Below are positions 52,301 to 62,177 of a stretch of 64,000 nucleotides of DNA, one piece after another (the first letter of the stretch is position 1; the number at the start of each line of letters is the position of its first letter). Source of the stretch: Phoronis australis (lineage: Eukaryota > Animalia > Phoronida); the NCBI GenBank assembly GCA_002633005.1, contig NMRA01000412.1, forward strand, positions 315,405-379,404, in the 5' to 3' direction. A model generated the notes under the pieces. The model worked only from the letters and a program-made list of their open reading frames with translations, searched no databases and had not been told where the DNA came from. The position numbers and the translations under genes are program-made.

Positions 52301-54190
52301 AAGGAGACGTCCTACGAGCCCATCAGTCGGGTATTCTTCAAATATTTACGAAACGTCAGTTAAAATTGTGCTTATGAACACGCAGACCTCTAGGTAAACG
52401 GTTGGATTTGTCCATTTTTTCAATTTGACATTCACTTCTTATTTTTCAGATGTCTGAAAATTTGATATCAAAATGTAACCACTTGCCCCTTGGCATTGAT
52501 CTCAAATTTGCATCATTATACTATCATACTGAACACTTACTGTCAAAACGTTCCTGAAAAGTAAACGGAGTAGCCGATCAATCCCAAATTTGATCTGTTT
52601 TTGATTGCGGATTATCCATCGGTTTCAACCGCTTTCACCGCTTTCACAGCTTGGTTCAGTTGCATATTTGTTAATTTGGCGTTCATGCATTGACAATAAA
52701 AGACGTGCAGTGTTATAAGTGACACTTATGTGATATTTAGATGATTAAGATAAATTGGCAGAAACAATTAACCTGCCTCTTTGCACGTTTTCTTATTTCC
52801 CTGGTCAGTGTAGGTCAGTGTACGGATTTGATTTAGCCCTTAAAAGTAGTATTTAGAAAAATAAGGCAAGTCGTTAACCCACACGTAATTGTCACTTGGC
52901 GAAATGAAATCGCCAAGTATGTTTCTCTGTCTTGAAGTGAGTTTGTACTCGTTTTCTTTTTGGTCGAGCGACATGAAATTTTCATACACTACGTAACTCG
53001 GCAATACCTCGAGGTGTGTGCTTTTTTAGTCGAAATCGGATGGCCCTCTGGTGGCTTTTTTGAATTTTCAATTTGCTGCGCTTTAGCTCGGCAGTCCTTT
53101 AAAGTGTTCTTCTGAAATTGGAATCTGGAGTGTGCTACCTGTTTTTGGCAACGACTAACCGTTTTCGAGTTATTCGAGATTTTCCATCTACAAGTTTTTG
53201 GTTCATCGATTTTTCATACCGTATCTCCGGCGTCCCATGACGGATCTTGCTGAAATTTGGTATGTGGAAGGGTTTCATGGAGCACTAATTGCAATATGCC
53301 TGGCGTTTTTCTTTCTGACCGATCGTTTTCGAGCCATTCGAGATTTACTGATCTGGTGGCTGTTCTTTTGGTGTCTCATACATCTTCTCGCTCGGTGTAT
53401 CGTACACTAACTGTACATGTAGGTCGTAAGCTTCTTTCAACCAGCATGAAATTTACTATCACGAGTTTCTCGTGATGAACTTGAAGTTTGATGGACTTGC
53501 GCAAATCGAACCCAAGATGGTGCTGTGGCGGCCATTATTCGATTTTTCGCTTCGAGATTTTCCGATGACTTTTCTATCCCTGAACAATTTCTCATGACGT
53601 ATAGTATCTCCGACTTCCTTCGACAGACTTTTATGAAATTTGGTAGGTGGACAGATGTTTTCAAGCGCTATCTTCATTTCTCGCATCAACTTACCATTAA
53701 CGAATTATACGAGATTTACTGATGTTAGGACTGCTTGTGTTGACCGATTTCTCGCGAAAGCTCGGTCTATTGTTTTGGGGGTGAATGAGACACAAGATGA
53801 TGCTGTTCCGGCAAATTTTCGAGTTATTGTTAGCAGAGCCCTGTGTACGCGGTCCTGAGGGGGTTCTAGTGAAGTTTTGTATGTGGGAGTATCTTTTTAA
53901 GGACTACATGTATCTGAAATGTGGCACCCGTTTCTCGATGCAACTTACCATTATTGACTTATTCGAGATCTGCTCTTACATTGATTGATTTCTAGTACTG
54001 AATCTCTGGGGGCAGAACACTCTACTTTTTTCTGATGACTGTTGTTACCCTGTAGACCTTGGATCTCAACGCATGGTGATTTTTGCTACCCTGACTAAAG
54101 GCTACTCGCCCGTCGTTGACGCCCAGGTTTTCGCTACTGTGGAGAGCAGCGAGTCACAATATGAATTGCAACTGTTTGACAATGGAGCTG
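37332..54190 (+). CDS. CLCA: CLCA-family gene C, 5' part (12 coding exons, about 683 aa); 3' exons not found in the window
   Basis: Exons: 37332-37334 (ATG|gtgaga), 37607-37789, 39605-39744, 39975-40126, 41302-41447, 41880-42035, 42887-43019, 46702-46820, 47178-47405, 50001-50288, 51888-52254, 54056-54190. All have ag/gt flanks and consistent phases. Motifs: LHEFGHLRWGFFDEY, IDVSGSM, GGGTGIG, LLSDGEE, LFDNGA. Confidence 0.93.
37607..37789 (+). CDS. CLCA: CLCA gene C exon (signal peptide)
   Basis: GVETKSLLSVTRAALLLFTAVSLATG..NKYGDLLIAISDEVPEDLNLIQKIK|gt. Confidence 0.9.
39605..39744 (+). CDS. CLCA: CLCA gene C exon
   Basis: SAFTLFSRDLFAATRRRAFLGNATILVPKSW; 140 nt like gene B exon 2. Confidence 0.92.
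39975..40126 (+). CDS. CLCA: CLCA gene C exon
   Basis: ANVIVDK..DNPYVNQPGKCGEPGSYMHLTP. Confidence 0.93.
41302..41447 (+). CDS. CLCA: CLCA gene C exon (HExxH)
   Basis: GKTILHEFGHLRWGFFDEYP..EPVRCSKK; 146 nt. Confidence 0.94.
41880..42035 (+). CDS. CLCA: CLCA gene C exon
   Basis: VYGEL..C..TSLPEKKCTFYP..AKGSLMF; 156 nt. Confidence 0.9.
42887..43019 (+). CDS. CLCA: CLCA gene C exon
   Basis: FCDND..HNDEAPNKHNRLCEGRSQWEIMRDHVDF; 133 nt. Confidence 0.93.
44071..45291 (+). mobile_element. Older copy related to the Helentron-type family at 20368-22227
   Basis: Starts TTACTCTGCGCGTGTAA..TCCTGGG..CCGACCAATTTTGAGGTCTAATAACTC, matching the reverse complement of the 21490-21602 end. The 3' boundary (CTAGTTT near 45290) is tentative. 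Confidence 0.5.
46702..46820 (+). CDS. CLCA: CLCA gene C exon (MIDAS)
   Basis: NNNPP..TTPNFRIV..RLVFVIDVSGSMN; 119 nt. Confidence 0.92.
47178..47405 (+). CDS. CLCA: CLCA gene C exon (vWA)
   Basis: RLVKATQAA..YVALVEFES..AGGGTGIGLGL. Confidence 0.92.
50001..50288 (+). CDS. CLCA: CLCA gene C exon (vWA C-half)
   Basis: GGKVILLSDGEEN..GILVDTI..ADPGLISLASQSGG..LVDSF. Confidence 0.92.
50820..50930 (+). repeat. About 30-bp minisatellite, 3 copies
   Basis: GTTGTATAGCCAGTCGAGCTAGGGGCTACAT-like unit. Confidence 0.75.
51888..52254 (+). CDS. CLCA: CLCA gene C exon
   Basis: VFIDDELGKNTEF..IPNIAEPGPW..VTSRS; 367 nt. Confidence 0.92.
52888..53997 (+). mobile_element. Helentron-type non-autonomous element (second family)
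   Basis: 5' hairpin ACTTGGCGA-AATGAAA-TCGCCAAGT, internal degenerate repeats (TGAAATTTGGTA, CAACTTACCATTA), ends TTTCTAGT. Confidence 0.5.
54056..54190 (+). CDS. CLCA: CLCA gene C exon (last one found in the window)
   Basis: MVIFATLTKGYSPVVDAQVFATVE..LFDNGA G|gtaagt. Confidence 0.92.
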
Positions 54191-55229
54191 GTAAGTACAC
54201 ACAAACAGAGGTATTAACTAGACATTCAGTATCTTCAGTTTGGCTTCATTCACCAAATCTCTTTTTACGCATGGATGAAAGCTGGTGAGCTGGCATCCCG
54301 CAACAGAGCTTTATGCGATATGTACCCATTCCGTAGGCAGGCTATGTGTCGCTTTTGAAATTCAAAGGCGTATCACCTTTGAAATTCCAAGGCTTACAGA
54401 TATAAAGCAGTGTTGGTGGATCAAGTAGCCAACCCACAACTGGTGACTGGACAAATTATAAACATACCACGCAACTCCGTACAAGATGCCAATGACTTCA
54501 GTTGGCCGTGAGTGGAGCTTGAAGCTCCAGAATTGTTGCACACCCACAAAAATACTAAAAAAATTCTCATTAGAAACACGAACAGTTTCAAAACACTCTT
54601 TTGAACTTTGCCAATAAATTTGTACAGTTTCTGATGTCTTCAAGAGGCCTGTTTCCCTTGAAAATTGACCTAAGGTCTTACCGTCTGGAGTAAATCAATT
54701 ACCGCGTGATCTACGGTTTCACAATAAAACAATAGGTAAATATTATTTAAGTATTAGATTATTTTATGTAAGCTATACTGCTTCGTCCTCATTATCGTAT
54801 TGTTTGGATTCTCGGTTCAGTGACCCTCTTTGCTCTACGATTATTGGTTGAATTGTACCACGTGATCTCTTTGTCTTGTCGCAACACTGGGCCATCTACC
54901 ATTATAATTCTCTTCAATTACATCAGTGTTTGGCCGTAGTAAGATTAAAAAACGGACGATCGCCGCACAAATAAAACGTTCGTGTTAATTCAACGTTTCG
55001 TCTATTCATTAGACATCATCAGGATAATTATATACAAAAGACAGCAAGTGCGAACATACAGCTAAGGTAACACTCATAAAGTGAAGTAAGAGATACAGGG
55101 AAAAGTAAGTGGCTGGTCATCACCGTAGTTGCAGAATCAGTAGCATGCTGATCCTGAATGGCCAATGACTCTTTAATGTGAAGTAGTTCCTTTTCATTTG
55201 TGCGACGACCGTCCGTTTTTTTTTTTAAT

Positions 55230-57115
55230 TCTCTTCAAGTTTCGAGTTTTCAGTCCAGTACCCCCCATTCAACAATTTCATCATTTCCCCTCTCGGGCTC
55301 ATGTTTAGGGAAGACTCTGGTAAATTTTGCTTTATCCATAACCTTTCATATCCATCGAGGGATTCCGATTCCTTTAATTCACATATTTCCTTATTCTTCT
55401 CCCAGGTTCACTATCACACCATTGAAAACGCCATGTTTCTGGTCCGTCGCTCCGCCCACACTTCTCTCATGGCTAACACAGACATACAGGAAGCCTTCCG
55501 TCTTGTTCCGATACACACTTCTGACTATCGTTTCCTTGGGTTTGTTTGGGCCGGTCAGTATTATTTCGACCGTTGTGTCTTTGGTCTTTCTTCCTCATGC
55601 AACATATTCGAACTCATCATCTCATCTTCCAATGGATGCTTCAAAATAAATTCAATGTCCCAGGGGTGTCACAGCTGCTTGACGACCTCTTATGTTCCTC
55701 TTCGCATTTTTCTTACCCTCTGTGAGGAAATTGGCGTTCCCATCAATCACCAAAAGACCGTCCTTTCCCACGACCTCCATCACTATTTACGGCATTCATC
55801 TCTGCTCCAAATCTATGAGGGCCTGCCTTCCCCAGGATAGACTCACTAAGGCCCTACATCTACTACAGTCCTTCCAACGACCTCCATCACTATCTACATG
55901 TACGGCATTCATCTGTACTCCAAATCTATGAGGGCTTCCCTTCCCCAGGATAAACTCACTAAGGCCCAATATCTACTCCACTCCTTCCAACACAAAAGGT
56001 ATGCTCAGTCGAGCCTTCTTCCGTCGCCTCATCGATCTCACACTTGGCATATCTCAGCCTCATCATCACGTCACTCTCACCAAAGAATCCCTTGCTGACA
56101 TTCGCGCTAGGCTTACATTTCTCCACTCCTCCAACAGCAAGTCCATGTTCCTTCTCGAGCATTCGACATCATCCCAACCAATCAATCTGTATACTGACAC
56201 GGCCTCGGTCCACTGGGGATTCGCCGCGGTTTGCGGGTCTAACTGATTTTCTGGCCCTTGGCCCTCACCCATCTCTCGTTTTCACATCAATTTTAAGGAG
56301 CTCTTCCCCATCGTTCTTGCCTTAGAAATTTGGCGCCCTAAACTTGCTAATCATCGCATTCTTTGCATGTGCGACAACAATTCCGTGGTGGATATCATCA
56401 ATAAAACTTCCTCTAAGGACCCGACATTATGCGCCTTGTCCGACGCCTCGTCCTCTCTACCGTCCACCATAACATCCCCTTCAAAGCCAAAAATATTCCT
56501 TTAAAAACTTATTTCATTGCCGATAAAGTGTCTCGTTTTTGTTTTTTTCCAGGATGCCTTTTCCATGGCTCCATGACTCTCTCCAACACCGACTGCAGTT
56601 CCACCGCACCTCTTTACGTTCTGACTTCGCTCCTCTGAGCGTCCCTTGCCCCATCCATTGTTCAAACTTACCGCCGTGTCTTTTCCCATTTCCTCCATTA
56701 CCATTCATCCTCAGCATGCCCCTTGCCTGCGTTTCCTGTCTCCACATCTACCTTTATGTTAGCTTCTTACATAGCACATCTCTTCTCGGCTGGCTTAACT
56801 GCATCCACCATCTCTACCTATGTTTCCGCCATTGGTTTCATTCATAAATTAGACTCCACGCCTGACCCTACTTCCTCCTTTCTGGTCAAGAAAATTCTGA
56901 AGGGCGTGCCCAATTCGTGGTCATTCGTGGACACCCACCTCCCGGTAACGTTACCTATTCTTCAACGCCTTCTCAATGCCTTACCCTCTGCTTCCACGCA
57001 TCTCTCTGCGCTGCCATGTTTTCCACGGCCTTTTACGTCTTCCTTCATGATAGTGAATTTACTGTCGCCACCTCTGCCTCCCACCCATCTCTGTCGTTCA
57101 GGTCTCCAACGTCTC
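55230..57115 (+). mobile_element. Degraded DIRS-group (Ngaro-like) tyrosine-recombinase retrotransposon: RT, RNase H, YR N-terminal part
   Basis: RT: GKFCFIHNLSYP, TDIQEAFRLVPIH..LGFVW..YYFDRC.FGLSSSCNIFE. RNase H: LYTDTAS..GFAAV, INFKELFPIVLALEIW, CDNNSVVDIINK. YR: LASYIAHL..ASTISTYVSAIGFIHKL..DPT..FLVKKILKG..LPVTLPIL..AMFSTAFY. Many frameshifts. Confidence 0.88.
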
Positions 57116-57199
57116 AGTCAACCCCCCCCCCTCCCTTGGCTGCCGCAAGAAAAATGAAACACTAACAGCGTGAAGCGTGAGGAATATTGAGTTAAGTAA

Positions 57200-57397
57200 C
57201 TGTAGCGGATGAGGGGGGGGGGCTCAGGGCTCAGACCCAGATCGAGGCGGAATCGTGTTTTTTACTCCACCGATAGATTTTCTGAACTGTAGGTCCATAT
57301 CCCCGGCCTCCGCAACTTTCGGGCCGCCTGAGCACATACAATCGCGCTTCGCCCAATTTTCTTTGCAACATGTTGGCCCATCCTAGATCCGCCACTG
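57200..57397 (-). mobile_element. Short non-autonomous DNA element, same family as 718-938
   Basis: CTGTAGCGGATGAGGG..CCTAGATCCGCCACTG imperfect TIRs. Confidence 0.55.
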
Positions 57398-57461
57398 GTC
57401 CAAGTCTCTCACTATCTCCCACTACAAACATCATGACCACATTCCTACAGTACCTATATTG

Positions 57462-60335
57462 CTACCCTTGGTACAAAGCCGTATACTAAATATACAGCTT
57501 TGCACCGAAGGTGGGTAAAAAAGTGGTAAGATAAAAACTATGACACAAAAGCAGTGTCACTAAAAACTAAAGTCTTCCTTGAGTAAACTAAATTGCTTAA
57601 CGGTGTTGGAAAAAATTGCGTTCTACAGTTATTCTGCCGCTAAATTTGTGGAGCGATCATTAGCGACGGCTTTCGGCGCCATGAAATATTGCGTCATCTA
57701 TTGCCCAATTTCTTTTTTCGCAGATTCTTCAATCAACTGTTCTTTTTTCACGAGGTTGCGTATACGTCACAACAAATTATCGGAACTGGTTTCACTTCAT
57801 TATAAGTTTTTAGAATTTTGATACCGAAAAACCGAATTTCTGAAGAAATTTTGCTGCTACCAAGCCATCACCATCTCCCGAGAGATGTCGTAAAAATTCA
57901 GGAAATGGCGCGTGCGCGAGAGACAAGCGTGCTTTTTTCAAAACGACGACATACTTTTCATTCTTAGGAAAGGCGCAGAGTTACGCAAGAAAATGGCGTT
58001 TGTTACATTGTTTTTCACTTAAACGACTGTAACGGGCAAGGTGAGTGTCGGTTGATTCCCAGATTTTGTTTGCACCCCGTCCAGTCTTTAGCTTTACATG
58101 TTGATACAAGTTTCACGGCGAGTAGACGAGCAGAACTACCCTGGCTGTGTGCAATTTCGGGGTCTACTTAAGAAATACACACAGTGGTACCTACAGTACA
58201 GCCACTGAATTATTAGACTCTCTCCGGTGTCTCTCCGGTCTAGCCACCCGTGACCGTAACCGGAGACAGACCGGAGAGTGAGGCTTGAATCAACCGTGAC
58301 AGCTGGCGTAAGCCTAAGCGTGACTGTACCCGGAGCTTACCGTGAGTTAGGCGTGAGTTTACCTGCATCGCAGATGATAAAGTAATTTATTAAAATTACA
58401 TCAGTAACTAGCAGTGATGTGTGTATTCTCATAGACTTTTGTTCATGTCAGGTTTAATTTTTTTTTGAAATCGTCACGTGCAGTAAAAGACCAAAATTTC
58501 CATCTCAAATCTTAAGTCACTTCAGAAAACAGACCTGTGGACTTTACTTTTCAATGATACATGTATATAATTATTTGTTTTTTATATAAACTAATAAAGA
58601 ATCTTAACACGCGTGTACACGGCGGAATTATTCAATTGCCTTCACGATATGAAGGAGCATAGCATGTCAATTCTGAGCACATTGATCCCAAGTTCCAGCA
58701 TCATTCCGAGAAAGCTGATCACGCCCATGCATTTGACGAGTCCAACAGATGACCGCTATTATTATTTTAGTGAAGAAGTACCCCGGGGATACTGTGTACT
58801 CAGTTGAAACGCATGTACTATGGGGAGGGGGCTACAAATAATTGAACTGCACTACGGATTTAGGACTTTTAAGTCAAAACATTTGCTTGCAGTAAGGGAT
58901 GGGTATGTCAGAAGGGCAGCCTATTGAAATTTACTGTACGCCAGTGCGGTGCAAAAATTTACGGAGTGACACAATACTTCACAAGATGCGTAGGCTATTT
59001 TTAGGGCGAATTAACTATATCCACCTGTGACAAGTTTCAAGGAGTCCACAGCCATGTAAAGATGACTCTGAGCACAGAGTCGCGTTTATTCGTATTTACT
59101 AACCGTGGTCACTGTACATGCATGTCATGGATGGGACTGGCTCTTAAGTCGCAAATTGAACATGTACATGTAAGTGTAACACAAGACGAGCTGAAGGAAG
59201 ACGTTTGTATGAACAACACGTGGAATTACAGAGTTAGTCGGAACCCAAGGGTGATAGATGACCGCTTGCAAAGATACTCTATAATATATTATAATGTCTT
59301 TGCAACTTGACCGAAACAACAGGCCATCAAGACGTTACATGTATTTTTACTGATTAGCCCGGTGCCCTAACATGGTTACCACAGCTACCGAAGGCGTGAA
59401 GAAAGCGTGAGGTAAGCGTGACGGAGGCGCGAAGAACGCGTGAACGAGGCGTGAGGAAGGAGTTAACTAAACCAGAGGTAAGTGTGAGGACTACCCGGAG
59501 AGTAGGCGTGAGGCGACCGTGAATGATTTCTGTCACGCCTGTGTTCCGGTTGCGCTCCGGTCTGGCCAGGCGTGAGGTAGCCTGGACGAAGTCTAAAAAT
59601 TCATTGGCTGTACTGTAGCTGTATTTTGACTAGCCCTGGTGCAAAGCTGTATACTAAATATACAGCTTTGCACCCATATGCATCAAAAACTGGTAAGATA
59701 AAATGTGACACAACATTAGTGTCATTAAAAACTACAGTCTTCCTTCATTAAACTACTGTAGATTATTTAACGGTATTGGAAAAATGGCATTCTACCGTTA
59801 TTCTGCTGCTAAAGATTAGAGCAATCTTTAGCGACGGCTTTCGGCGCCATGAAATATTGCGTCACCTATTGGCCAGTTTCTTTTTTCGCCGATTCTTCAA
59901 TCAACTGTTGTTCTTTCACGAGGTTGCGTACACGTCACAACAAATTATTGGAAGTGGTTTCACTTCATTATAAGTTTTTAGAATTTCGATACCGAAAAAC
60001 CGAATTTCAGAACAAATTTTGCCGCTGCGAAGTTGTCAAAAAATTAGGAAATGGCACGTGCTCGTGACACTAGCCTACCTTTTTCAAAACGACAATTTAC
60101 TTTTCATTGTCAAGAATGACACAAAAAATGACGTTTGTTGCATTGTGTTTCACTTAATCGGTTGTAACGGGCAAGGAAGGTGAGTGTCGGTTGATTCCCT
60201 GATTTGACATGCACCCCGTCTGGTCTGTAGCTTTATATGTTGATATACATGTAAGTTTCACGGCGAGGTGACGACCAGAACTACCCGGGCTGTGTACAAT
60301 TTCGGGGTCAACGGAATACACACAGTGGTCTCTAG
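57462..60335 (-). mobile_element. Two diverged direct copies (57462-58191, about 59630-60335) of an approximately 720-bp element with a terminal hairpin plus CTAG (Helitron/Helentron-like)
   Basis: The two copies are collinear. Perfect 16-bp stem GGTGCAAAGCTGTATA-CTAAA-TATACAGCTTTGCACC lies 4 nt from CTAG on the minus strand of the second copy. Confidence 0.55.
58194..59615. mobile_element. Non-autonomous TA-targeting (Tc1/mariner-type) DNA transposon, about 1.4 kb
   Basis: TIRs CAGTACAGCCACTGAATTATTAGAC / GTCTAAAAATTCATTGGCTGTACTG flanked by TA on both sides; empty site AGTGGTACCTAGCTGTATTTTGAC at about 60424-60447; subterminal GCGTGA/CCGGAG repeats. Confidence 0.85.
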
Positions 60336-60480
60336 CTATATTTTGACGACAGTCTTCATACAGCTATCTGCCTGGCTATATTTTGACGACAATCTTCATA
60401 CAGCTACAGCAGCTGGCTGGCTAAGTGGTACCTAGCTGTATTTTGACGACAGTCTTCATACAGCTAATTGGCTGGCTACA
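60330..60480 (+). repeat. Short tandem repeat, 3 copies
   Basis: GCT(A/G)TATTTTGACGACA(G/A)TCTTCATACAGCTA x3. Confidence 0.85.
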
Positions 60481-61140
60481 GTATTGCCAATGTCCTTTTC
60501 CCTCACTCCGATTTTTCACTCTAGGGCGCCTGTATTGCCAGTGTCCTGTCTCACTCACTTTCCATTTTCACTGCCGAGCCTTTACCACTATCCTTTTCGG
60601 GATCCTCCCTCCCGGGCACTCCTTCCAGTCCTTTCTACAATTGTTGCTGGTCTACCTCATGCCCTATCACAGGCTATTCTCTATTTAGAATTTTTCCACA
60701 AGTTATATATTTTTGTATTTCTCTATACCTCCGTTTGCTATTACTTATCTGTATGTATTTTTGTCTTTATTGTCACTATTTTTGTTTATATATACATGTA
60801 CATGTAACTGTGTATACAACATACTTTTTGTATATTACCTTGTGTATATTCCTTGGTTGTTATCTATTCATGTTAGCTTTATATTCCTCTTAGATTTCAG
60901 TTGTTATGGTTTCAACACCTTGTTGTGTCGCTATATATTTTTTCTTATTGTCGTGACGACCAGTTGTTCCACTACATGTACATATTAGTGTTTTTTTCTT
61001 ATTTTCATCACTATTTTGGCCCTTTTTACACATGCTACATTTGTCAGCCTCGCTCGCTCTCCCTTGGGTGGGCTTATGCATCTGTGGCAGATTGTCACCC
61101 ACCTTTACAGCTCAGCATATTATATAACTTTTGTATATGC

Positions 61141-61287
61141 ACAAAACGTATCGAGAGTGGTGTACATGAAGTAATGTCACACGAGGCTTTATTCCGCGTA
61201 TCGACCGAGACCGAATATCAAGGTCTATACGCAAAATAATGTCGAGTGGGATATTATTTCATGTACGCCAATCGAGGTACGTTTTGT
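61141..61287. repeat. Long imperfect palindrome (fold-back repeat)
   Basis: ACAAAACGTA..GTACATGAAGTAATGTC..GCGTATCGACC pairs with GGTCTATACGC..GATATTATTTCATGTAC..TACGTTTTGT. Confidence 0.75.
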
Positions 61288-62016
61288 ATTTTTGCCATAC
61301 GCTTCGAATTCCTGATTTTCATTTATTTTTCCGCAAATTTTTTAAATACTTCACTCAGACTGTTTACGTGGCGGATTACATCCTATATGTATGCACTTGC
61401 GCGTTAGGTTGAGAGTTTTCTCTAGTATAAGAAACAGTTTTAAATGTAATGATTTATTACTTGAAAAAAGATAACAAAGATGAAAACAACGATATCTTTG
61501 CACTGAACTCGTAACATCTCCTGAAAATAGTCAAATAATAACAATATTCGATATTGTACTTGTCGACGAATCGGCGCCTGAGTTGCAGACGATATAATAT
61601 TTAGCAAATGAAAACTGGGACAGAACTGTCATACAATTAACAGACCTGTTCCAGGTGATACGATTGAGACCTGATTGTACGTTGAGTGCTATTTACGCTG
61701 CTACAATTGTATTACTTTAAACTATTTTCCGAAAGTTTGATGATCTAACTGGCTAACGACGTGGAGTCGACACTGACCTACCTTTTGAACTTTTCATATC
61801 AGTTGTCACTGTTGAAGTAGTGCGGGAGGTGAATACGGAAAACATGATTACATGGCAGTATTTCCCTCGGCTGATTCAACGCGTATGGGATAATTATCCA
61901 TATCGGTAGTAGTTTAGTTTGTCACAATATAGATGCGACCTATTATACCACAATATTAGATACAACCGTGTAATAACCCACTAATAACTCACTAGTGAGA
62001 TAACATTTTGGCGGGA

Positions 62017-62084
62017 AACCGAGGCGGATTTGAACCCGGGCCTCATGGTTTTGAGTCCCCGACTTTACCACTACACCACTCAGC
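62017..62084 (-). mobile_element. tRNA-derived SINE head or pseudo-tRNA
   Basis: Minus strand GCTGAGTGGTGTAGTGGTAAAG..CGGGTTCAAATCCGCCTCGGT has Pol III A box and B box and a weak acceptor stem, but the anticodon stem is broken. Confidence 0.55.
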
Positions 62085-62177
62085 GGCCGACGTCATTGAA
62101 CGTGAAATTAGAATACTTAAATGAGCACGCGCAACAATCGCATGTTCAGCAGAGGGCATTGCACCGACATTTATACC

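Noticed and set aside
57462-60335. LTR pair of a retrotransposon
   Set aside because: No TG..CA ends, PBS or PPT; the intervening DNA is a separate TIR element with a demonstrated empty site.
62017-62084. Functional tRNA (Leu-CAA or Sec)
   Set aside because: The anticodon stem does not pair and there is no long variable arm; treated as SINE-derived.
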